A stretch of 45,880 bases of DNA, taken from IMG/VR virus record IMGVR_UViG_2870484749_000003, positions 1 through 45,880 of that record; one strand, 5' to 3'. Made by a program: the position numbers and the translations under genes. The notes under the pieces were generated by a model. The model searched no databases. It was not told the DNA's origin and saw only the letters and a program-made list of their open reading frames with translations. Numbering within the stretch: position 1 is the first letter of the stretch; each line of letters opens with the position of its first letter. Positions 8,587-16,643 of this stretch are shown one piece after another. The DNA comes from a virus (Duplodnaviria > Heunggongvirae > Uroviricota > Caudoviricetes).

Positions 8587-8921
8587 ACAGTTTAACAACA
8601 CACTACCGTCGCTCGCAACTGATTGCGCTTCCTGTACCGGGTGGAAAAGCGAAGGTGGAGTATTGCTATGCAGTAAATGTACCAGGTGACAGGGAAATTG
8701 TAACCCACAGCTTTGCTGAGTGGGCTGTGGGGGATTTCAACCGGCAGAAGGAGACAGTCCTTTGCGACAAGTTAACCGCTGGTTCAAAGATCACTACGGA
8801 GTGCCCGTCAGAGTCATTCGTTGGGAGCCGGAAACACAACGGGTTATCTACCTCCGTGAAGGCTATGAGCATGAGTGCTTCAGCCCGCTCGAACAGTTTC
8901 GTCGTAAATTCAGGGAAATAG
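8583..8921 (+). CDS. hypothetical protein; only the N-terminal half looks protein-like
   Basis: ATG overlaps the upstream stop (ATGA coupling); C-terminal half is low-complexity and overlaps the 8720 ORF in another frame. Confidence 0.35.
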   Translation: MNSLTTHYRRSQLIALPVPGGKAKVEYCYAVNVPGDREIVTHSFAEWAVGDFNRQKETVLCDKLTAGSKITTECPSESFVGSRKHNGLSTSVKAMSMSASARSNSFVVNSGK

Positions 8922-8941
8922 AGGTCGGTCATGAGCACTAA
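8720..8941 (+). CDS. hypothetical protein, alternative frame; C-terminal region looks protein-like
   Basis: [45 protein letters not shown]; stop overlaps the start of the replication gene. Confidence 0.35.
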   Translation: MGCGGFQPAEGDSPLRQVNRWFKDHYGVPVRVIRWEPETQRVIYLREGYEHECFSPLEQFRRKFREIEVGHEH

Positions 8942-9872
8942 ATTAACCGGCTATGTATGGGATGGTTGCGCTGCGTCAGGCATGAAATTATCCAGCGTGG
9001 CAATTATGGCCCGCCTGGCTGATTTCAGTAATGACGAAGGTGTGTGCTGGCCATCAATTGAAACTATTGCCCGTCAGATTGGCGCGGGGATGAGTACCGT
9101 CAGAACGGCTATCGCACGGCTGGAAGCAGAAGGCTGGTTAACGCGTAAGGCGCGTCGCCAGGGTAACCGCAATGCGTCGAATGTTTATCAGCTTAACGTT
9201 GCGAAGCTTCAGGCAGCGGCATTTTCTCAACTGTCAGATTCTGACCCGTCAAAATCTGACGCATCAAAATCTGACACGTCAAAATTTGATGCGTCGAAAT
9301 CTGGCAAAAAAGCGGGTTTTCACCCGTCAGAATCTGGCGGGGATCCGTCAGTAAAATCAAAACATGATCCGTCAGATAAAAAACCTTCTCGTCCGGACGC
9401 TTCGCAACCGGACACGCAGACGGCTGAACAGGATTTTTTAACTCGCCATCCTGATGCGGTTGTATTCAGCCCTAAAAAGCGCCAGTGGGGAACGCAGGAT
9501 GATTTGACCTGCGCACAGTGGCTCTGGAAAAAAATCATTGCCCTGTACGAGCAGGCCGCCGAATGTGACGGCGAGGTGGTTCGTCCCAAAGAACCGAACT
9601 GGACAGCCTGGGCAAACGAAATTCGCCTGATGTGTGTGCAGGATGGTCGTACTCACAAACAAATCTGCGAGATGTACAGCCGCGTCAGCCGCGATCCGTT
9701 CTGGTGCCGTAACGTGCTCAGCCCGTCGAAGCTGCGGGAAAAATGGGATGAGCTTTCCCTGCGCTTATCGCCGTCCATCAGCACATACACAGAAAAACGC
9801 GAAGACCCGTATTTCAAATCCAGTTACGACAGCGTGGACTACAGCCAGATCCCGGCAGGATTCAGGGGGTGA
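8931..9872 (+). CDS. replication initiation protein (O-like, N-terminal winged HTH), with iterons inside the gene
   Basis: N-terminal wHTH (PSIETIARQIGAGMSTVRTAIARLEAEGWL); SKSDASKSDTSKFDASKSG peptide repeats correspond to DNA iterons, as with lambda ori inside O. Confidence 0.75.
   Translation: MSTKLTGYVWDGCAASGMKLSSVAIMARLADFSNDEGVCWPSIETIARQIGAGMSTVRTAIARLEAEGWLTRKARRQGNRNASNVYQLNVAKLQAAAFSQLSDSDPSKSDASKSDTSKFDASKSGKKAGFHPSESGGDPSVKSKHDPSDKKPSRPDASQPDTQTAEQDFLTRHPDAVVFSPKKRQWGTQDDLTCAQWLWKKIIALYEQAAECDGEVVRPKEPNWTAWANEIRLMCVQDGRTHKQICEMYSRVSRDPFWCRNVLSPSKLREKWDELSLRLSPSISTYTEKREDPYFKSSYDSVDYSQIPAGFRG
9231..9384. repeat. iteron array (putative replication origin)
   Basis: Five contiguous ~15-bp repeats of type nCGTCAAAATCTGAC (9231-9305), then degenerate copies CCGTCAGAATCTGGC, CCGTCAGTAAAATC and CCGTCAGATAAAAAAC. 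Confidence 0.65.
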
Positions 9873-9874
9873 GC

Positions 9875-10204
9875 ATGAGTCTTTTGAATGAAGTTCAGAA
9901 ATTCATTGAAGCCCATCCGGGCTGTACTTCCGGAGACATTGCGGATGCTTTTGCAGGTTACTCACGGCAGCGCGTTCTGCAGTCAGCAAGCAAGTTACGT
10001 CAGAGTGGGCGTGTGGCTCACCGTTGTGAAGGGGATACACGCAGACATTTCCCGCGCCTGACTGAGAGAGCGCAGGAGCCGGAACCACAACCAGTTCGTG
10101 AAACCAGACCTGTGCGCAATTTCTATGTCGGCACTAACGATTCCCGGGTGATTTTGTGCCTGACTCGCCAGGCGGAAAAACTGGTCAGGGAGATGGCGGC
10201 ATGA
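9875..10204 (+). CDS. hypothetical protein (possible winged-helix DNA-binding)
   Basis: ATG with GGGGG RBS; translationally coupled (ATGA) to the downstream gene. Confidence 0.5.
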   Translation: MSLLNEVQKFIEAHPGCTSGDIADAFAGYSRQRVLQSASKLRQSGRVAHRCEGDTRRHFPRLTERAQEPEPQPVRETRPVRNFYVGTNDSRVILCLTRQAEKLVREMAA

Positions 10205-10527
10205 CGACGTTAACTCAATGCCAGCAGCAGGTGCTGGATATGCTGATTTCTTACCAGAAAGAACGTGGCTTCCCGCCAACCAATCAGGAGGTGGCAACCA
10301 TGCTGGGATACCGTTCAGTGAATGCAGCGGTGGAGCATCTTCGCGCACTGGAGAAAAAAGGCGTCATCACGATAAAGCGTGGCGTGGCCCGGGGGATCAC
10401 GCTTCATACCGCAGTGAAGGACGACGACAGCGAAGCGGTCGGTATCATCCGCGCACTGCTTGCCGGTGAGGAGAACGCTAGGTTGCGTGCAGCCCACTGG
10501 TTACATGAGAGGGGCCTGAAAGTATGA
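10201..10527 (+). CDS. LexA N-terminal DNA-binding-domain-like protein lacking the S24 peptidase domain
   Basis: LTQCQQQVLDMLISYQKERGFPPTNQEVATMLGYRSVNAAVEHLRALEKKGVITIKRGVARGITL aligns with the LexA N-terminus ([65 protein letters not shown], from memory); only 108 aa. Confidence 0.7.
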   Translation: MTTLTQCQQQVLDMLISYQKERGFPPTNQEVATMLGYRSVNAAVEHLRALEKKGVITIKRGVARGITLHTAVKDDDSEAVGIIRALLAGEENARLRAAHWLHERGLKV

Positions 10528-10913
10528 AGTTGATCCTTCCTTTCCCGCCCAGTGTGAACACGTACTGGCGACACCCCAACAAAGGGGCATTTGCTGGTAA
10601 GAGCCTGATAAGCGAGGCGGGGCGAAAATTTCAGAGCGCGGCGTGCGCAGCAATAGTTGAGCAGTTACGTCGTCTGCCGAAACCAACGTCGGCACCTGCT
10701 TCAGTGGAGATCGTGTTGTTTCCTCCGGATAACCGGATCCGCGATCTGGACAACTATAACAAGGCTCTGTTTGACGCCCTGACCCACGCGGGTGTGTGGG
10801 AAGACGACAGACAGGTGAAAAGAATGCTGGTGGAGTGGGGACCGGTTATCCCGAAAGGGAAGGTCGAGATCACTATCAGTAAGTATGAGAAACCGGCGGG
10901 TGCAGCCGCCTGA
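10524..10913 (+). CDS. rusA: RusA Holliday-junction resolvase
   Basis: MKLILPFPPSVNTYWR...DLDNYNKALFDALTHAGVWEDDRQV, typical RusA; ATGA overlap with the upstream gene. Confidence 0.85.
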   Translation: MKLILPFPPSVNTYWRHPNKGAFAGKSLISEAGRKFQSAACAAIVEQLRRLPKPTSAPASVEIVLFPPDNRIRDLDNYNKALFDALTHAGVWEDDRQVKRMLVEWGPVIPKGKVEITISKYEKPAGAAA

Positions 10914-10932
10914 TTAAGAGGAGAAACGAAGT

Positions 10933-11742
10933 ATGAATAATCTGATGGTCATTGATGGTATTGAAGTTCATCGTGATGCTTATGGGCGTTACAGCCTGAA
11001 CGATCTGCATCGCGCAGCAGTAGCATCTGGTGCAAATGCCAGAACCAAGGAGCCAGGAAAGTTTCTTTCCAGCCAACAAACTGTTGAGCTTGTTCATGAA
11101 TTGACCAACACCCAGAATTTGGGTGTTGACCCGGTGAGTGTGATTCATGGGGGAAATGAACGGGGAACGTATGTCTGCAAGGAACTGGTGTATGCCTATG
11201 CAATGTGGATCAGCCCGTCATTCCATCTGAAGGTGATCCGTACTTTCGACATGGTAACCAGCGCACCGGAAAAATTATCCGGACAGGCTGCTGACAAGAT
11301 GCAGGCTGGTGTGATTCTGCTGGACTTTATGCGCCGGGAATTAAACCTGTCTAACTCTTCAGTGCTTGGTGCCTGTCAGAAACTCCAGGAGGCTGTTGGC
11401 TTACCGAATCTGGCACCGCGCTATGCCATTGATGCTCCTGCTGACGCGCCTGATGGCTCAAGCCGCCCCACGCTGTCGCTGAGTGCACTGCTGAAACAGT
11501 ATGGTATCCGCCTGACGGCTAATCAGGCATATCACCAGATGGCGAAGCTGGGGATCGTTGAACAACGCGAACGATACAGCCGTACCGCGATTAACAACAT
11601 CAAAAAATTCTGGTCGCTGACAGCGAAAGGCTGCATGTTCGGCAAGAACATCACCAGTCCCGCAAATCCGCGCGAGACGCAGCCGCATTTCTTCGAATCC
11701 CGATTCCCTGAGCTGTTAAAGCTGCTCGATACCGTTCATTGA
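10933..11742 (+). CDS. KilA-N domain protein / antirepressor-like
   Basis: N-terminal KilA-N-like region (MVIDGIEVHRDAYGRYSLNDLHRAA...GTYVCKELVYAYAMWISPSFHLKVI) and an Ant/KilAC-like C-terminal region. Confidence 0.7.
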   Translation: MNNLMVIDGIEVHRDAYGRYSLNDLHRAAVASGANARTKEPGKFLSSQQTVELVHELTNTQNLGVDPVSVIHGGNERGTYVCKELVYAYAMWISPSFHLKVIRTFDMVTSAPEKLSGQAADKMQAGVILLDFMRRELNLSNSSVLGACQKLQEAVGLPNLAPRYAIDAPADAPDGSSRPTLSLSALLKQYGIRLTANQAYHQMAKLGIVEQRERYSRTAINNIKKFWSLTAKGCMFGKNITSPANPRETQPHFFESRFPELLKLLDTVH

Positions 11743-11743
11743 G

Positions 11744-12739
11744 GTGACCGTGAGAGCACTACTGACCCCTGAAATTGCCCCGCGTATGGGGATCGTATTG
11801 TTCAGGCCCGGTTCAGAGCTGATGCCCCTGTTTATGCAGGGGCGTGTCCTGCTGGAGCCTGAGCCGGAGCATTATTCATCTTTCGCCAGTGGTGCCGTTC
11901 CCGCGGCGTCACAACCGCTGGCGGATGATCCTGCCGTTTGGGCCGTGTTCCGCAATGAGGCAGTGATCCGTCGTGCTGGTGGCGTGGAATGTCTTGAAAG
12001 CTGGTTACTTCGTGAAAAAGGCTGCCAGTGGCCTCATTCCGACTGGCACAGCGAGAACATGACCACAATGCGACACGCTCCGGGTGCAATCCGTCTGTGC
12101 TGGCACTGCGATAACCAGCTGCGCGATCAGTTCACGGAACGGCTGGAATCAATGGCAACGGATAACTGTGCCCGCTGGGTGTTGTCTGTTGTGCGTCGGG
12201 ATCTCGGTTTTGATGACAGTCACGTTGTGACAATGCCGGAACTGTGCTGGTGGCTGATTCGTAATGACCTGGCGGATGCCTTACCGGAAAGTGCAGCCCG
12301 TAAGGCACTGAGATTACCGAAGCCTGTTGTGCCGTCTGTCACCCGGGAAAGTGACCTTGTGCCTTCGGTTCCTGCTACCAGCATCATCCAGGATAAGGCG
12401 AAAAAGGTGCTGGCGCTGAAAGTGGATCCGGAGTCGCCGGAGTCTTTTATGTTACGCCCAAAACGTCGCCGCTGGGTTAATGAAAAGTACACGCGCTGGG
12501 TTAAGACACAGCCGTGTGCATGTTGTGGAAAGCCTGCTGATGATCCCCACCACCTGATAGGTCACGGTCAGGGTGGAATGGGTACAAAAGCGCATGACCT
12601 CTTTGTGTTGCCTTTGTGCAGAAAGCATCACGACGAGCTGCATGCAGATACCGTGGCATTTGAAGAGATGTATGGCTCCCAGCTGGAGCTGATATTTCGT
12701 TTTATCGATCGTGCGCTGGCAATTGGCGTGCTGGCCTGA
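11744..12739 (+). CDS. DUF968-family protein (YdfU-like) with C-terminal HNH-like Cys/His motif
   Basis: GTG start; C-terminal CACCGKPADDPHHLIGHGQGGMGTKAHDLFVLPLCRKHHDELH; lies immediately upstream of the Q-like gene. Confidence 0.6.
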   Translation: MTVRALLTPEIAPRMGIVLFRPGSELMPLFMQGRVLLEPEPEHYSSFASGAVPAASQPLADDPAVWAVFRNEAVIRRAGGVECLESWLLREKGCQWPHSDWHSENMTTMRHAPGAIRLCWHCDNQLRDQFTERLESMATDNCARWVLSVVRRDLGFDDSHVVTMPELCWWLIRNDLADALPESAARKALRLPKPVVPSVTRESDLVPSVPATSIIQDKAKKVLALKVDPESPESFMLRPKRRRWVNEKYTRWVKTQPCACCGKPADDPHHLIGHGQGGMGTKAHDLFVLPLCRKHHDELHADTVAFEEMYGSQLELIFRFIDRALAIGVLA

Positions 12740-12756
12740 TTTTGTGGAGAAAGTTG

Positions 12757-13110
12757 ATGCGTGATATGTATGAAGTTTTGGACCGCTGGGGGGCATGGGC
12801 TGCTGCAGAAAACAGTGGTGTGGACTGGCAACCGGTAGCTGCTGGCTTCAAGCGGCTTTTACCTCATGGCAGAAAGTCCCGGATTCAGTGCGATGATGAT
12901 GAGGGCATCATAATAGACGGTTGTGTCGCTAGGTTGCGTAAATACAAGCCGGCAGAGTATGAGCTGATAATTGCTCACTTTGTTGTTGGCATTTCGCTCC
13001 GTACAATTGCAAAGAAGCGGAAATGTTCAGACGGAACAGTTCGAAAAGATATGCAAACAGCTATGGGGTTTATTGATGGATGCTTGTCATTTTTTTATTT
13101 AATACAATGA
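12757..13110 (+). CDS. putative late antitermination protein Q (small QuuD-like family)
   Basis: 117 aa from the ATG with GGAGA RBS; HTH-like ELIIAHFVVGISLRTIAKKRKCSDGTVRKDM; position between nin-type genes and the late/lysis region. Confidence 0.5.
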   Translation: MRDMYEVLDRWGAWAAAENSGVDWQPVAAGFKRLLPHGRKSRIQCDDDEGIIIDGCVARLRKYKPAEYELIIAHFVVGISLRTIAKKRKCSDGTVRKDMQTAMGFIDGCLSFFYLIQ

Positions 13111-13189
13111 GTTAAGTGCTATGTAAAATCATTCTACTTTCCCAACTTTTATGTGTATATAATACCAGGGTAAAGTAACGGAGAATCTT

Positions 13190-14230
13190 GTGAACATTCA
13201 AGCAGTAGACATTTTTTGTGGCGCAGGGGGCTTAACTTTTGGGCTAAAAAAAGCCGGGATTGAAGTTTCTCATGGCATTGATATTGATGAGTCCTGCCGT
13301 TTCGCTATTGAGAGCAATAATCCCTTAACGAAGTTCATTAACCAGTCAGTTACTGAACTGCAATCCAGCGATGTGTCTGCTATGTTCAAGGAAGGAAATA
13401 TTAGATTACTTGCAGGCTGTGCCCCTTGCCAACCGTTTTCCAAGTATCGTAATCCAAATAGCAGAAAAGATGATACAAAGTGGCGTCTTTTATCTGAGTT
13501 TCAGAGGATTGTAAGTGATGTCATGCCAGAGCTTGTGACTATGGAAAATGTTCCTCAACTTAGAAATCATAAGGTTTTTGAAGAGTTTGTTAGTGTATTA
13601 AAGACTCTTGGGTATCATCTGTGGTACGACGTTGTAAAATGTTCCGAGTATGGCTTGCCTCAAAATAGACGTAGATTAATTCTAATTGGGTCCATATTGG
13701 GGCCAATCAGCCTTGATCAAAAAAAAGTAAGCCGTAAAGTTACAGTAAAGGATGCTATTGGTCAGTTGCCAAAAATAGGTGCAGGGGAGAAACTCGAAAG
13801 TGATCCATTGCATCGTTCGCCTAAATTAAGGGATATTAACCTTAAACGAATCTTGCACTCTTTACCAGGTGGTACGTGGGATGATTGGCCTGAAGAAATT
13901 AGAGCGGATTGCCATAAAAAGCATTCAGGTGCTACCTATAAAAGTGTTTATGGACGGATGGTTTGGGACGATACTAGTCCTACAATAACTACCCAATGTT
14001 ATGGATATGGTAATGGGCGATTCGGACATCCTGAGCAAAATAGAGCAATAACTTTGCGTGAAGCTGCTATTTTACAATCTTTTCCTATGGATTATAAATT
14101 TATTGGAAAAAATACGCCTTTTTCATTCCAAAAGTTAGGAACGATGATTGGTAATGCTGTTCCCCCTATAATTGGCCAAGTAATAGGGAGAACGTTTGTT
14201 AGGCATGTTGAGGGGATAAATATCCGTTAG
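13190..14230 (+). CDS. DNA (cytosine-5)-methyltransferase (Dcm-like)
   Basis: Canonical C5-MTase motifs: FCGAGG (I), GCAPCQPFS (IV, catalytic PC), ENV (VI), QNRRR (VIII), GNAVPP (X); GTG start with GGAG RBS; AT-rich by eye. Confidence 0.9.
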   Translation: MNIQAVDIFCGAGGLTFGLKKAGIEVSHGIDIDESCRFAIESNNPLTKFINQSVTELQSSDVSAMFKEGNIRLLAGCAPCQPFSKYRNPNSRKDDTKWRLLSEFQRIVSDVMPELVTMENVPQLRNHKVFEEFVSVLKTLGYHLWYDVVKCSEYGLPQNRRRLILIGSILGPISLDQKKVSRKVTVKDAIGQLPKIGAGEKLESDPLHRSPKLRDINLKRILHSLPGGTWDDWPEEIRADCHKKHSGATYKSVYGRMVWDDTSPTITTQCYGYGNGRFGHPEQNRAITLREAAILQSFPMDYKFIGKNTPFSFQKLGTMIGNAVPPIIGQVIGRTFVRHVEGINIR

Positions 14231-14888
14231 AGATAATATAATCTTCAGTTGAGTTTATTAATAAACGAAGATATAGATCAACTCTCTCTGCTCTAGACTT
14301 AACTTCTTCTAAGGGGTCAATTTGCCCCTTTTTAGAGAAGCTAGTACTTCCATGCGCGAGTTCGTTTCTGATATCCTTAAGCAAGTCTAAGTCAATACCA
14401 TTTCTACATTCAGGTGAGTTTGCGATAGTTATTCCGTAAGCCTGCGTTATTTTGTGTAATACAGGCTTGCAAACATTACCATTGAATTCTTTACGAATAT
14501 TCAATGAGGCTGAAATTATTCTTTTGGAAATGTCAGTGCCTATCTTTTTATAAAGGGATTGCCCTGTTTCATTATCTGAAACAATTCTATGTAATATATT
14601 TACTTGAAGCTTCTCCCTGAGTGATGCGTAATTCACCTCATTATCTTGTAAATGATCATAAATTGACTCGATGCAACCTCTGGCAGTATTTTCAACTTGA
14701 TTATATAGCATCATATGAACGGATGATTTTAAAATATTTACCCTTAGGATATTAGATTCTATTTCATCTTGATGCGCTTGCGGATCTAACTGCTGAGTAT
14801 GAATCTCTATAGATGATGCAAGAGAAAGCAGTTCCATAATGTCTCTTGCTCTTTCTTCATATTCATCTCGTAAATCAATTAGACTCAT
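14199..14888 (-). CDS. HEPN-like nuclease (resembles MAE_28990/MAE_18760 family)
   Basis: C-terminal Rx4H HEPN motif in DIRNELAHG; start 2 nt after the DUF262 stop; 3' end overlaps the convergent C5-MTase by 32 bp; AT-rich. Confidence 0.75.
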   Translation of the reverse strand: MSLIDLRDEYEERARDIMELLSLASSIEIHTQQLDPQAHQDEIESNILRVNILKSSVHMMLYNQVENTARGCIESIYDHLQDNEVNYASLREKLQVNILHRIVSDNETGQSLYKKIGTDISKRIISASLNIRKEFNGNVCKPVLHKITQAYGITIANSPECRNGIDLDLLKDIRNELAHGSTSFSKKGQIDPLEEVKSRAERVDLYLRLLINSTEDYIISNGYLSPQHA

Positions 14889-14890
14889 TT

Positions 14891-16051
14891 TTAAATCCCT
14901 AACAACTTATTTTTAACGTAAAAGATTCTGTTTTTTAGCTGGCTGGTATTGTTTGCACTATCAGCAGTAACAAGTGTTTCAAATTCCTCTTCAAATAGCC
15001 ATTCACCTACAGGTACGGCTGGACTCTGGAGTTGTGGGTTAGTTTTTAATGCAAGTGCAGTTCCCACGGCAATGGCTTCGTATCTGGCTCGTGGGGTGGT
15101 TTTACTTGTTGCGGTCTTTTTAAAGCCAATAGGGAAATGGGTAGCAACAAAAGCAAGCATCATTTCAAAATCATGTTTAAAATTATCAACATCTTGTTGA
15201 GTAGTCACAGCTGCTGCTTGTTCATTTAAATAATTATCAATAAAGGGACGGACAAATCCCTTATAGTTTTCTAAATCATTTAAATATGCAAAAAATCTCA
15301 AAACTAACTCACGATGATCGCCATTCGACCGTTTCCGGTCTGATAATGGAGCTAGTTGGGAAAAAAGTGAGTTTGTTGAGCATGGGGTCACAACATCTTT
15401 ATAGAACATTGAGGTAGCAGCATCTGAGCCATGCCTCACTTCCATCGCTTCTAATCTTTTAACACCTGAGTTGATCCTTTCAAATAAATCTCTTCTATGT
15501 TGTTCCTCAACATCACCTTTCAACTCAATAAATCTTAGTGAAGCTCTTAAAAATCTTCTTTGGCGGCTAGCTAAAAGATCTGAAAATTTGAAACCTTCTA
15601 AACTTTTAAGCTCTTTCAAATCCTTTAACTCAAATTGATCGTTCCAAAAATAATAAATAGAGCGTATCCGTTGTGAACCATCAATGATTTCTACCCTACC
15701 ATCTAATTCAGGGTCTTCATTAAATACATCAGCAATGTAAAGGTAAGGTATTGGAAAGTCTAATAGAATACTTTCTATAAAGCGAGAGGCTGTTTTTGTA
15801 TCCCACTTGTAATCACGTTGATAATCTGGAATAAAAAGCTCGTTTTTGTCATTTTCAATATTATCACCATACTTTTGAATAATGACTTCAACGGTCCACT
15901 CACGTACATTGTATCCAATGTTTCTCTGAGCGAGTCTGATTTCATTGTCAGCGGAAGCGGTTAAAGCTGCAATTTCAGCCTTTTTTCTGTTCTTAGCGTG
16001 TTCATCTTGTATCTGAGCAAGCTCTTCTTTGAGTTCTTTGAGTGTAGTCAT
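14891..16051 (-). CDS. DUF262 (ParB/Srx-like) domain protein
   Basis: IPDYQRDYKW and IDGSQR (DGQQR-type) DUF262 signatures; AAGGAA RBS; no recognisable DUF1524/HNH C-terminal domain; AT-rich. Confidence 0.8.
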   Translation of the reverse strand: MTTLKELKEELAQIQDEHAKNRKKAEIAALTASADNEIRLAQRNIGYNVREWTVEVIIQKYGDNIENDKNELFIPDYQRDYKWDTKTASRFIESILLDFPIPYLYIADVFNEDPELDGRVEIIDGSQRIRSIYYFWNDQFELKDLKELKSLEGFKFSDLLASRQRRFLRASLRFIELKGDVEEQHRRDLFERINSGVKRLEAMEVRHGSDAATSMFYKDVVTPCSTNSLFSQLAPLSDRKRSNGDHRELVLRFFAYLNDLENYKGFVRPFIDNYLNEQAAAVTTQQDVDNFKHDFEMMLAFVATHFPIGFKKTATSKTTPRARYEAIAVGTALALKTNPQLQSPAVPVGEWLFEEEFETLVTADSANNTSQLKNRIFYVKNKLLGI

Positions 16052-16067
16052 GTTTTCGTTCCTTTAA

Positions 16068-16096
16068 TTGAAAGTTGATTGTAAGAAAACTATAAC
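16068..16096 (+). promoter_or_regulatory. candidate sigma70 promoter (TTGAAA-N17-TATAAC), possibly the late promoter feeding the terminator at 16152
   Basis: -35/-10 match by eye about 55 nt upstream of a strong terminator, resembling a pR'/tR' arrangement; speculative. Confidence 0.25.
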
Positions 16097-16151
16097 GCGT
16101 ACGCAAAAAGTATTGTATTGTGTTAAGAGTGGTTACTTCGCCACACAACTT

Positions 16152-16178
16152 AAACCCGCCGTCGAGCGGGTTTTTTTG
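16152..16178 (+). terminator. rho-independent terminator (candidate tR')
   Basis: cccgc-cgtcga-gcggg hairpin followed by ttttttt. Confidence 0.7.
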
Positions 16179-16299
16179 TACCTGTAAACCTGGTGCAGTA
16201 CGGTAAACACGCTGGTGGTCGTGAATACTGACTTTTTATCTTGCTGGCTTTTTAGACAAGAGTTATTGGTATGTCATGTTAACCAGAAGGAAAAAAGAC

Positions 16300-16494
16300 A
16301 TGCTAAAACAGCAAGATATGACAGAAACGGCGAAAGTTGTTTTTAATGAATTAAGCATCGAACCGGCAACAGTCGGGGAGATTGCACAAAACACATATCT
16401 TTCACGCGAACGCTGTCAGTTAATACTGACCCAGTTGGTTATGGCGGGGCTGGCAGATTACCAGTTCGGCTGTTACAGACGCCTTCAGCAATGA
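16300..16494 (+). CDS. small HTH-like protein (64 aa) upstream of the N6-methyltransferase
   Basis: AGGA RBS; helix-turn-helix-like VGEIAQNTYLSRERCQLILTQL. Confidence 0.45.
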   Translation: MLKQQDMTETAKVVFNELSIEPATVGEIAQNTYLSRERCQLILTQLVMAGLADYQFGCYRRLQQ

Positions 16495-16643
16495 AGGACT
16501 TTTAATTTGTGAAAATGGGCGGCTGGTGGGTGTTGGTAGCACCTGCCAGCCATTCGCTCATGCTTACTGGTCACAAGCGAACCACGGCCCACTGCTTTAG
16601 CGCAAAAGCAGAGTGAGCCTACCAGAGTTACGCTTACTGATCC

